From: Bdellovibrionota bacterium
Lineage (GTDB): Bacteria; Bdellovibrionota_C; UBA2361; JAAYZI01
Direction of reading: 5' to 3'
Assembly: GCA_050950765.1 (NCBI GenBank)
Contig: JBMNIF010000001.1
Span: 256,001 to 320,000, forward strand
Length of the DNA: 64,000 nt
Every line of letters starts with the position of its first letter. Position 1 is the stretch's first letter. Shown here in pieces: positions 41,348 to 50,813 of the stretch. The translations under genes and the position numbers were made by a program. The notes under the pieces were generated by a model. It ran no database searches. It had not been told where the DNA came from and saw only the letters and a list, made by a program, of their open reading frames with translations.

Positions 41348-43006
41348 ATGAGTTTTTTGTTGCAATATATGCCGTATTTGGAACAACACGCCCTGACGAT
41401 CTTGATCTGCATCCCTTTTGTTGGAGCGTTGCTCTTGTCACTTCCTTTTTTCTCAAAAGAACGGGATGCCATTACTGAAATGGTAGCGCTTCTTTTCAGT
41501 GTATTAGCCTTATCTTTTGCCTCAATGTTATTTGCGATCTCTCAATCCACTTCCGCAATGCAGTTTAAAGAGAGTGTGGCGTGGCTACCATCTTTCGGTG
41601 TTGAGTATAGTGTGGGAGCAGATGGGCTAAGCTTGGTGTTGGTGTTATTAACTACGGTCATAATGCCGTTGGTGATTATTTTCTCTACAACTATAAAAGA
41701 AAAGCGGAGGTGGTATTTAGTTTCAATGCTCTGTTTGGAAGGAGCGATATTGGGAGCGCTCGTTGCTTTGGATCTCTTTCTCTTCTATGTTTTTTGGGAG
41801 CTGATGTTGATACCGATGTATTTTATTATCGGTATTTGGGGAGGAGAAAAACGAATTCATGCTACCGTTAAATTTGTGTTGTTTACGATGTTCGGTAGTT
41901 TTTTAATGTTGATAGCGATCTTTTACTTGGTGTGGGTTTATTATCTGCAAGTCGGTAAGATGAGTTTTGCGCTGGCAGATCTGATGAATACGGTTCTAAC
42001 GACGAAGGAAGAGTTGTGGCTGTTTTTAGCATTTGCTTTGGCGTTTGGGATCAAGGTTCCGGTCTTTTTATTACATACATGGTTACCGGATGCGCACGTT
42101 GAAGCGCCGAGTGGTGGGTCGGTGGTGTTAGCTGCTATTTTATTGAAGTTGGGAGTGTATGGATTTTTTCGTTTTGCCTTTCCGTTATTTCCGAGAGCAG
42201 CCTTAGAGTGTGCACCGTACTTAGCGGTATTGGGTGTGGCTGGGATTGTGTATGGAGCGTTAGTAGCTTTTGCGCAAAGTGATATTAAGAAGATGATAGC
42301 ATACTCCTCTGTTTCTCATCTCGGGTATTGTGTTTTAGGCTTGGCCGCTTTAACCGTACTTTCTTTAGATGGTGTGATCTTTCAGATGTTGAGTCACGGT
42401 TTTATAACAGGGGCGTTGTTTTTCTTGGTTGGGATGCTTTATGAAAGACGGCACACACGCCAGATCTCTGAATATGGCGGATTAGCTGCTCAGATGCCTT
42501 TATTTGCAACATTTTTTATGGTGTTTACTTTAGGAGCGATTGCGTTACCCCTAACAAGTGGCTTTATCGGAGAGTTTTTAATCTTAGCTGGGAGTTTTCC
42601 TCGTTTTCAGTGTTTAACTACTTTGGCGTTGATCGGAGTTGTGATGGGAGCAGTTTATATGTTGACCCTTTATAAACGGCTCTGGTTTGGAAAATTAGAT
42701 TCACTTAAAAACGGGAAGTTATCTGATTTAAGCTCGAGGGAACTTTTATGTCTCACTCCGTTAGCGATCTTAGTTATTTTATTAGGGGTGTTTCCGCAAC
42801 CTATTGTTGATCTTGTTTCTCCAGTCAGTGAGTCTTTAATTGTAAAGATGAATGTTAGAAAAATGATTTTAAATAGTGCTGCTGATGAGAGTTTAAAATC
42901 GAAGGAAGCGATGGAAGATGCTTTTAGAATTCAAGCTTCAAACGCTGTGCTGATGAGTCTTGGGAAAGATTTAAAGCATGGTGATAGTAAAGGGGAGGCA
43001 CGTTAG
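41348..43006 (+). CDS. nuoM: NADH-quinone oxidoreductase subunit M
   Basis: FYVFWELMLIPM, HTWLPDAHVEAP, IAYSSVSH. Confidence 0.97.
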   Translation: MSFLLQYMPYLEQHALTILICIPFVGALLLSLPFFSKERDAITEMVALLFSVLALSFASMLFAISQSTSAMQFKESVAWLPSFGVEYSVGADGLSLVLVLLTTVIMPLVIIFSTTIKEKRRWYLVSMLCLEGAILGALVALDLFLFYVFWELMLIPMYFIIGIWGGEKRIHATVKFVLFTMFGSFLMLIAIFYLVWVYYLQVGKMSFALADLMNTVLTTKEELWLFLAFALAFGIKVPVFLLHTWLPDAHVEAPSGGSVVLAAILLKLGVYGFFRFAFPLFPRAALECAPYLAVLGVAGIVYGALVAFAQSDIKKMIAYSSVSHLGYCVLGLAALTVLSLDGVIFQMLSHGFITGALFFLVGMLYERRHTRQISEYGGLAAQMPLFATFFMVFTLGAIALPLTSGFIGEFLILAGSFPRFQCLTTLALIGVVMGAVYMLTLYKRLWFGKLDSLKNGKLSDLSSRELLCLTPLAILVILLGVFPQPIVDLVSPVSESLIVKMNVRKMILNSAADESLKSKEAMEDAFRIQASNAVLMSLGKDLKHGDSKGEAR

Positions 43007-43526
43007 TGTTGATGGAACAGGATTTATCTCGTTTGATACCGTTTGTAATTTGCGCCGTCGGCGGGCTTATGATGTTGATTATAAATAGTGTGTTAAAAGT
43101 GCTGTTGATGAGAGTTTAAAATCGAAGGAAGTGATGGAAGATGCTTTTAGAATTCAAGCTTCAAACGCGGTGCTGATGAGTCTTGGAAAAGATTTAAAGC
43201 ATGGTGATAGTAAAGGGGAGGCACGTTAGTGTTGATGGAACAGGATTTATCTCGTTTGATACCGTTTGTAATTTGCGCCGTCGGCGGGCTTATGATGTTG
43301 ATTATAAATAGTGTGTTAAAAGTGCTGCTGATGAGAGTTTAAAATCGAAGGAAGCGATGGAAGATACTTTTAGAATTCAAGCTTCAAACGCAGTGCTGAT
43401 GAGTCTTGGAAAAGATTTAAAGCATGGTGATAGTAAAGGGGAGGCACGTTAGTGTTGATGGAACAGGATTTATCTCGTTTGATACCGTTTGCAATTTGCG
43501 CCGTCGGCGGGCTTATGATGTTGATT
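42876..43526 (+). repeat. three tandem copies of a 223-bp unit spanning the nuoM end and nuoN start
   Basis: Unit starts at 42876, 43099 and 43322; copies differ by several substitutions. Confidence 0.95.
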
Positions 43527-44858
43527 GTCGGTGTTTTTACAAAGGCTGCGTGGTTAAGACGTTTTACGGCGTTTACTGTGATCTTTGTGACGTTTGTAGC
43601 CGTGTTGTTACAAGCTGCTGTTCCCGCTATGGAGAGAGCTACTTTTTATGGAGTGCTTTTTATCGATAGTTGGTCGTATATTTTTCAAGCGCTACTACTT
43701 GTCGTAGCTGCACTTGTGATTCTTTTTTCGAGAGCGGATTATTATTTAGCAGATCATGAGGGGGAGTACTTTACACTATTAATTTTTGCCACATTAGGAG
43801 CGATGATCCTTGTTTCAGCTGCTGAGTTTGTGACGCTTTTTATTGGATTAGAGATGTTGTCTTTATCTCTCTATGCCTTGTGTGGGGGGAGGTTGTTAGA
43901 TAAAAGATCCATAGAAGGTGCGCTAAAGTATTTTCTGTTAGGATCTTTTAGTAGTGCTATTTTATTGTATGGTCTGGCGTTGTTGTATGGTTTAACGGGC
44001 ACGATGGAGTTCGTTAAAGTAAGTGAACTTTTACAAGACGAATCGATAACGTGGATCGCTTTTAGTTTAGTGATGTCAGGGCTCTTCTTTAAATTATCTT
44101 TGGTGCCGTTTCAATTCTGGACTGCTGATACTTATCAAGGTGCGCCGACTCCTATTACAGCTTTTATGGCAACTGCGGTTAAGATTGCAGCTATTGGAGT
44201 TGTTATGCGAGTTTTGTGGGTGCTTTTTAATGGTATGCCACTGGAAGCAGGTGCTTGGATCGGGATCGTTGCTGCGGCAACCCTTATTTTTGGTAATCTT
44301 GTGGCGCTTAGGCAAAGCGATGTTAAACGGATGTTGGCATATTCTGGAATCAGTCATGCTGGCTATTTGGCGTTAGCATTGTTAACACCTGAAAAGGTTG
44401 GATCGTCTGCCATAGTTTTTTATGTGGTGGCGTATAGTTTGGCAACACTCGGGGCTTTTGCGGTTGTGCAGCAAGTTGAAAAGCATAGCGGCACCTCTGA
44501 GATAAAAGCTTTTAATGCATTGGCAAAGTGCAGCCCTCTTTCTGCAGCAACGATGACGATATTTATGCTTTCTCTGGCGGGGTTACCGCCTGCCTTAGGA
44601 GGGTTGTTGGGGAAGTTTTTTATCTTTAATGGTGTTATCTCGGCGGGTTTTGTTAATCTTGCAGTGTTGGGAATAGTGTGTGCGGTTATCTCGTGTGGAT
44701 ATTATTTGCGTGTGGTGGTAGCGATGTATTTTAGGGAAACAGATGATTTGCAACGCGCGCCTTGTAAGATGCCATTCTCAATATCTGCGATCGTGCTTCT
44801 CCTAGCGCTTAGTATCGTCCTGATCGGAGTCGTCCCCGATCTCTTATTATTTTCTTAG
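43452..44858 (+). CDS. nuoN: NADH-quinone oxidoreductase subunit N
   Basis: EGALKYFLLG, FKLSLVPFQFW..D.YQGAPTP, KRMLAYS.ISHAG. Confidence 0.96.
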   Translation: MLMEQDLSRLIPFAICAVGGLMMLIVGVFTKAAWLRRFTAFTVIFVTFVAVLLQAAVPAMERATFYGVLFIDSWSYIFQALLLVVAALVILFSRADYYLADHEGEYFTLLIFATLGAMILVSAAEFVTLFIGLEMLSLSLYALCGGRLLDKRSIEGALKYFLLGSFSSAILLYGLALLYGLTGTMEFVKVSELLQDESITWIAFSLVMSGLFFKLSLVPFQFWTADTYQGAPTPITAFMATAVKIAAIGVVMRVLWVLFNGMPLEAGAWIGIVAAATLIFGNLVALRQSDVKRMLAYSGISHAGYLALALLTPEKVGSSAIVFYVVAYSLATLGAFAVVQQVEKHSGTSEIKAFNALAKCSPLSAATMTIFMLSLAGLPPALGGLLGKFFIFNGVISAGFVNLAVLGIVCAVISCGYYLRVVVAMYFRETDDLQRAPCKMPFSISAIVLLLALSIVLIGVVPDLLLFS

Positions 44859-44879
44859 CAACTAATTTTCCTCTAGGGC

Positions 44880-44962
44880 TTGTCACTGGTGCCACCCTTC
44901 AGGGACGACCGGACGGGCTGGAACTACAAAACGGATCGGCTAGGTCTTCACGGGGGTTAAAA
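44880..44962 (-). repeat. REP-like module, reverse orientation
   Basis: GGTGCCACCCTTCAGGGACGACCGGACGGGCTG...TAGGTCTTCACGGGGGTTAAAA. Confidence 0.85.
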
Positions 44963-45196
44963 GCTACCAACCTATTCTTTCTCTAACTTTTCTTCCCCCA
45001 CTGAAGGGCAGCATCAGAGCCGCGATTGAAGGGTAGTTTAAGATAAAGAAATCAAAGAAATTTGGAAGTTAGGGGAGGGTAAAGAAATTTAATAGTTATT
45101 TTTTGGTGGAAACGTTTATTAGGTTTTAAAAAAGCATTATAATTTTAGGAATTGCTTTAAGTAAAAAGCATTGTTGTGTTTATATGAGGTAATATT

Positions 45197-46503
45197 ATGA
45201 GTAATCCTGATCTTAATCCTAAATTGCGGGGGGGGGGGTAACTTCTGCTGCAGCTGGTCAAGGTAATCTAGCTTCTCTATGTGTTCCAAAAGTAAGTTTG
45301 CTTAGTCCAGACCACTCAAGAAATTTGAACGGAGACATATTAAAAGTAGTAGGTGCAAAGTTTCATAAAATAAGGGATTGGAAAGAATATGGTGACTACT
45401 TTCCAATCCTTTCCTCCATTAAAGAGCTACGTGAAATTGCTGGAATGACGGGAACTCCTCTCACTGAAGACCAAGAAAAAACGATAACAAAATTTGCGCT
45501 GGATGCGTTTGACGATCTACTACTAGCAGCAAAGAAATGTGTTGCTGTTGGTGAACTCTTCGAAGCTGGTACCTACATGTCAAATATATATGAGATCTCT
45601 GAAAAAACGGGAGTTTCTTTCACTCTAGAAGAGGAAGAAAAGATAGGAGAACTTGCACCGAAAGCCTTCAACGCTCTACTAGCAAAAGGAATGAGATTTG
45701 TTAAAGGAGGTGATTACTCTGGTGTTTACTCCACCGTGTTAAAGTTAAATAATATCATTAAAATGGTAGAAAATTCTTTTACTAAAGATGAGAAGCAAAA
45801 GTTAAAAGAAAAGGTGGAAGACCTTGCGTTAAAAGCGGTCGAAGGTCTACCGGCAAATGTAGAGGAATATGCTGGTCGCGGTAAATACGCTAGAATTAAT
45901 CTCAACATATCAAATGTACGCAAGCTTGTTGAAAGCGCAGGTCTTTCTCTTACTGACGACCACAAAAAAAGAATGGAACAACTTGCGCCGAGAGAGATCA
46001 AATATCTACTGATAGAAGCATCACAAGAGGCTACTGCTGGTAATTACCCTGTAGCTGCTTCCTGCATGTTAGATATATATGAGATTCTTGAAAAAGCAAA
46101 AGTTGAAAAAACAGAAGTTTCTTTAACTCGAGGAGAGGAAGAAAAGATAGGAAAACTTGCACCGAAGACAATCAAAGGTCTACTGGGGCCAGCATTGAAA
46201 CATGGTAATAGTGGTTATTCCATTGATTTTGATAGATACATGTCACTGGCACGTAAGCTTACTGAAAGGACAGGGATTATTTCCTTCACTACTACTATAG
46301 AAGAAATGGAAAAACTAGCGTGGACTAATGGTGTTGATGAAAATCTAAAATGGGTATTAAAATGGGGACAGTTTAATCCCTCTAAAGTTGCACGCTATGT
46401 ATTACAGGCACTTAAGGATGCTAAAAGAGCAGGAATGACATCTCTCACTGAAGAACAGAAAAGAATGTTAAGAGATATCCGAGAGATTCCTAGCAAAATA
46501 TAA
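45197..46503 (+). pseudogene. helical-repeat family protein copy D, out of frame at a G11 tract (~435 aa with G12)
   Basis: Family upstream element and GAGGT SD precede ATG 45197; G11 at 45228-45238 leads to TAA 45239; the downstream frame is open from 45238 into ORF 45298-46503 with EKTGVSFTLEEEEKIGELAPK repeats. Confidence 0.8.
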
Positions 46504-46649
46504 TCGCACTTAGTCTTAAAAAAACGCAGAAGCAACTAGCTAATACCCTTTAAGGGTGTGGAGCGGTTGCTTTGTAGTTTTACAACTTTGTTTAAGTGAA
46601 GAAGATTAACGGTGTTCTTGCCGGTCTTAACTTTGTTTTTCTTTAACTT

Positions 46650-46860
46650 GTGGGTGGTTCTAGTTTTTTAACCTCCGTGAAGATCTGGCTAATTCGTTCT
46701 GCAATCGATGCCCGCTCTGTCATCTCTGAAGGGTGGGCCAGAGCTACCCACAAAGTGATTATATCTGCTCTGCGCCCTGTGTTGACAGAGCATCAACACC
46801 ATTTTCTTTATAAAAATCATCAAAATCAAAAACCGCTGCTGCGAAATGGGTGGCACCCGC
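46650..46860 (+). repeat. degenerate REP-like modules
   Basis: TTTAACCTCCGTGAAGATCTGGCTAAT..CTGAAGGGTGG; GGGTGGCACC at ~46848. Confidence 0.7.
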
Positions 46861-46867
46861 AGAAAAA

Positions 46868-46883
46868 CGGCAAGCAAGTTGCA
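46868..46883 (+). promoter_or_regulatory. putative sigma54 promoter of the flagellar operon
   Basis: CGGCAAGCAAGTTGCA has GG-N10-GC spacing; TGTCGGTAATTTGACA dyad at 46994-47009. Confidence 0.5.
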
Positions 46884-47044
46884 TTGTCCTATCAGTATGA
46901 ACCGTAACGAAGTTGAACTGCAAGTGTTATCAGTATGTTATGTGACTAAGAGGGTTGCAGTAGCGACAAAGTGCTGACTCTAAGCACCGTAGGTGTCGGT
47001 AATTTGACAGGTCTCGGGACGGGTTCCGTTAATGGAATAGGAGA

Positions 47045-48247
47045 GTGATTATGGCTAGTTTAGAGACATTACAGTTAGTAGCAGATGTGCTTTTGGTTCT
47101 GTCACTATTTTATCTCTGTGCTAGATCTGCCAAGGTCTCGCCGATTTTACAATCAAGCAATTTGGAAGCTAGTCTGCGTCGGATGGTACAAGAAGCCGAT
47201 CTAGCAACCAGAGCCCTTCAAGAAAAACTGGTTCAACGTCAGACCCGCTTAGAAGAGCTATTACTTGACCTTGAAAGTGCAGAAAACAGACTTAATCGCG
47301 GTAAACAAAGTATAGATGAAACTCGTGCCGATCTGGAAAGCCGTTTCGTAAAAGCTCAACGCGCTATTCAAACTTTGCAAAATCAGATTGATTTAGCCTC
47401 TGATAAAAATAATGTAGAAGAGAAAACGCCGCTACAACAAAAAACTTTTAATACAGTAGAGGAAAATTTTTCAAATAACTTGTCAGATCTTGACCATTTA
47501 GAAATTCAAACCGCTGCAGAGAAAAGAGTTGCTCAACCCGATCATAACTACACTATGTACGGTAGAAAAAAGGTTATCACAACACCGTCTCAAGAAGCTT
47601 CTTTAGATAATCATACTCCTAAAAAGACAAGTGTGAGGAAAAATATTTACGGTGCAGTAATTGATGAAGGGAATACAAGGCAGGAAACATTGCAGTCGAG
47701 AGAGAAAAAATCTTTAGCAGAACAGATTGAAAAAGAAACCTATACACAGCCAACTTCTGCAGAGAACTCTACTCTTGCTACTCCTAAAAAGACAGGTGTA
47801 AGAAAAAATATTTACGGTGAAATAATCGATGAAGGGAATATAGCGCAGGAAACGTTGCAGTCGAGAGCAAAAAAACCTTTAGCGGAACAGATTGAAAAAG
47901 AAACCTATACACAGGCAACTTACAAACAAAATGCGACCGCTGCAAAAGTAAAGAATAGTTATGGTGGTGCTAATGAAGGATCTCAAAAGGGAGAAAAACC
48001 TACTTTAAAGAACGGCTATCAAAATACACAAGATATCCAACGTGTTTATGATAATGCAGAAGATCTTTTAAGAGATGGAAATAGCATGGAGGCTGTGGCT
48101 CAACTGACAGAATTACCCATAGCAGAGGTGAGGATGCTCGCCCAGATGCTTGAAAGGGTGCCTCAACAGATACGCACTACTACAAACGAAAGTGAGAGTC
48201 GCCTCGGAGTGTTGGATCCGATTCGTAGGCAATTACAAACTGTATAA
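47045..48247 (+). CDS. flagellar-operon hypothetical protein (N-terminal TM, coiled coil, internal repeat, C-terminal HTH-like region)
   Basis: Hydrophobic N-terminus, heptad region, ~46-aa repeat at 55-aa period, AEDLLRDGNSMEAVAQLTELPIAEVRML. Confidence 0.75.
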   Translation: MIMASLETLQLVADVLLVLSLFYLCARSAKVSPILQSSNLEASLRRMVQEADLATRALQEKLVQRQTRLEELLLDLESAENRLNRGKQSIDETRADLESRFVKAQRAIQTLQNQIDLASDKNNVEEKTPLQQKTFNTVEENFSNNLSDLDHLEIQTAAEKRVAQPDHNYTMYGRKKVITTPSQEASLDNHTPKKTSVRKNIYGAVIDEGNTRQETLQSREKKSLAEQIEKETYTQPTSAENSTLATPKKTGVRKNIYGEIIDEGNIAQETLQSRAKKPLAEQIEKETYTQATYKQNATAAKVKNSYGGANEGSQKGEKPTLKNGYQNTQDIQRVYDNAEDLLRDGNSMEAVAQLTELPIAEVRMLAQMLERVPQQIRTTTNESESRLGVLDPIRRQLQTV

Positions 48248-48259
48248 GGGGGAAAGATA

Positions 48260-49024
48260 ATGGATCGCGGAACATACGTAGCGGCATCAGGTGGTATCCT
48301 CCAATTTACGCGCTTAGATATCGCTAACAACAATTTGGCAAATATAAATACTCCTGGTTTTAAAAAGCAGGTGCTTATCAGCAAAGAGCGCACCTTTGAA
48401 GATACGTTAGCAAGTCAAGTTGCAACAGATGATCCCTTTGCAAAAGGTGATCATTTAAGAAGCCCTGGAGTGAGCGAGGTCGGAACTTATACAGATTTCT
48501 CTCAAGGGGCGATCAAAGAAACGGGAAATCCGTTTGATGTGGCGCTTAATAATCCGAACGATTTTTTTGTGATCGAGACGGAAGAAGGTTTGCAATATAC
48601 ACGTGCCGGTAATTTTACTCTAAACGCAGAGGGCGCACTCGTAACGAGTGATGGTTATGCTGTTCAGGGAGATGGGGGCGCTTTAGTTGCTAACGGCACA
48701 CACGCTGAAATTACAGCTGCAGGAGTCTTGATGGTTGATGGATCAAACGCCGGACGCTTGCAAGTTGCCCGTTTTGAAGACCCGCAGGTGCTGGAGCAAC
48801 AGGGCGGATGTCGTTTTAAATTACGAGATGGCGCAGAAGGTGGTGAAAGTGTGGATGCTGAATTAACACCGCAGGCACTCGAAATGTCAAACGTCTCAGC
48901 TGTTAGTACTATGATCGAAGTACTGACAACCAATAGAGGCTTCCAGCTTTATGAGAAAACAGCTCGTACTATTGATGAAATGAATAATATCGCAGTTCAA
49001 CAGATCGGACGACGGAGTATTTAA
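48260..49024 (+). CDS. flgF: flagellar basal-body rod protein FlgF
   Basis: ANNNLANINTPGFKK, TGNPFDVAL, YTRAGNF, LEMSNV; precedes flgG. Confidence 0.93.
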   Translation: MDRGTYVAASGGILQFTRLDIANNNLANINTPGFKKQVLISKERTFEDTLASQVATDDPFAKGDHLRSPGVSEVGTYTDFSQGAIKETGNPFDVALNNPNDFFVIETEEGLQYTRAGNFTLNAEGALVTSDGYAVQGDGGALVANGTHAEITAAGVLMVDGSNAGRLQVARFEDPQVLEQQGGCRFKLRDGAEGGESVDAELTPQALEMSNVSAVSTMIEVLTTNRGFQLYEKTARTIDEMNNIAVQQIGRRSI

Positions 49025-49047
49025 CGCTTTAACTTAAAGGGGAAGAT

Positions 49048-49836
49048 ATGATTAGGTCTCTTTATACTTCTGCTACTGGGATGCGCGCCCAAGAAACAAA
49101 TATGGACGTGATATCTAATAATTTAGCTAATGTTAATACGACAGGGTATAAGCAGGTACGCGCTAATTTCCAAGATCTGATGTATCAATATCTTCTGGAA
49201 CCTGGTGCCGCAACATCAAGTAGCACCATCTCTCCTAGCGGTTTGCAGGTTGGTCTCGGTGTGCGAACTGTTGGAACTCAGAAAATTTTTACGCAAGGCG
49301 ATCTAAGTTCAACAGGTGGTCAATTGGATGTGGCTATTGAAGGTGACGGTTTTTTAGAAGTTGAAATGCCGGACGGTTCTCAAGCTTATACACGTTCCGG
49401 TAATTTGCAACTTGATGATACAGGACGCTTAGTTACAGCTGACGGCTATCCGATCTCTCCGACCATTACAATTCCACAAGATGCGACCTCTGTCACTATC
49501 GCACAAGACGGAACGGTATCTGTTGCAATTCCTGGTCAATCAGCCTCCAGCGAAGTTGGGCAGATAACAGGTGTGCGTTTCTTAAATAATGCCGGACTGA
49601 AATCTCTCGGTAAAAATCTTTATAAAGAGACGGATGCTTCAGGTAGCCCGACTAGCGGAAACTTTGGCGAAAACGGTTTAGGCAATCTTTCTCAAGGATT
49701 TTTGGAAAGTAGTAACGTTAGTATCGTAACGGAAGTTGTAAATATGATTACAGGACAACGTGCTTACGAAGCAGCCTCAAAGGGTATTACAGCAGCTGAT
49801 GATATGTTGAATACGGCGATCAGTATTAAGAGGTAA
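49048..49836 (+). CDS. flgG: flagellar distal rod protein FlgG
   Basis: ISNNLANVNTTGYK, FQDLMYQ, GLQVGLGV, QRAYEA. Confidence 0.97.
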   Translation: MIRSLYTSATGMRAQETNMDVISNNLANVNTTGYKQVRANFQDLMYQYLLEPGAATSSSTISPSGLQVGLGVRTVGTQKIFTQGDLSSTGGQLDVAIEGDGFLEVEMPDGSQAYTRSGNLQLDDTGRLVTADGYPISPTITIPQDATSVTIAQDGTVSVAIPGQSASSEVGQITGVRFLNNAGLKSLGKNLYKETDASGSPTSGNFGENGLGNLSQGFLESSNVSIVTEVVNMITGQRAYEAASKGITAADDMLNTAISIKR

Positions 49837-49838
49837 TT

Positions 49839-50813
49839 ATGAATAAAATAATTTTAGCCGGAGTATCATTTTTCTTCACTTTGATGTTGGCAAAAGTTGC
49901 AACAGCAGCACCGCTGAATCATAACATCCGTATCATAGGACGTGACAGCGCACACGTTACAACTACACAAGTTCGACTTGGTGATTTAGCGAACATCTCC
50001 TCAAAAGATATGACAGATGATGATGCGCTAATTGCACTGCAAAAGATAGTTATCGCAGATGCGCCAGCTCCTGGAGAAAAACTAACCCTCTCTGCTCAAG
50101 ACATCTTGGAGAAGTTGCGTCTTAACGGAGTAGATTTGCAGCAGGTTGGATATGCACTAAAACGGGTGATGGTTGTAGAGCGTGCTTCAAGAGTGCTTGC
50201 TGCTGCAGAGATAAGATCAGCCATAGAGGAATACTTAAAAAATTATAAAGATGAAGTTGTTCTTAAAGATATTCAATACAGAGAAAATATTAAGGTCGCT
50301 CCTGGCATTACGGAACTGAAAGTAGCAACATCTAGCAATCAAAAGATAGGGCAGATGGTCTTCAATATTGAGGCAGATGTTGTTGGTGCAGAACCCGTAA
50401 AGTTTAGCGTTAAGGGATCCGTTGATGAATGGCGTGAAGTGCCCGTAGCAGCACATCCACTAAAAAGAGGTTCCGTTATAGGAGATGATGATATCGTAAT
50501 GGCACGATTAAATGTGCAGTCATTACCTGATGATGTTGCTGTTAATAGCGAAAATTTAATCGGTTTATCAGCAGATAAGGGCATCTCCGTCGGAGAGGTC
50601 TTTAGACTTAATAAACTTTCATTGCCGCCTGTTATAGAGAAAGGATCCGCTGTGACCATTATCTATAAAAAAGGATCATTAACAGCTACTGCGACAGGTG
50701 TTGCTCTAGCAGATGCAGGAGCAGGTGAAAATATTAAGGTAAGAAATACTTCTTCTAAAAAAATCATTACGGGAAGTGTTATAGAAGCCGGTCTTGTAGG
50801 AGTTAATCAATGA
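49839..50813 (+). CDS. flgA: P-ring formation chaperone FlgA
   Basis: SAF-like region and C-terminal GVALADA..GE.IKVRN.SSKK; synteny. Confidence 0.92.
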   Translation: MNKIILAGVSFFFTLMLAKVATAAPLNHNIRIIGRDSAHVTTTQVRLGDLANISSKDMTDDDALIALQKIVIADAPAPGEKLTLSAQDILEKLRLNGVDLQQVGYALKRVMVVERASRVLAAAEIRSAIEEYLKNYKDEVVLKDIQYRENIKVAPGITELKVATSSNQKIGQMVFNIEADVVGAEPVKFSVKGSVDEWREVPVAAHPLKRGSVIGDDDIVMARLNVQSLPDDVAVNSENLIGLSADKGISVGEVFRLNKLSLPPVIEKGSAVTIIYKKGSLTATATGVALADAGAGENIKVRNTSSKKIITGSVIEAGLVGVNQ

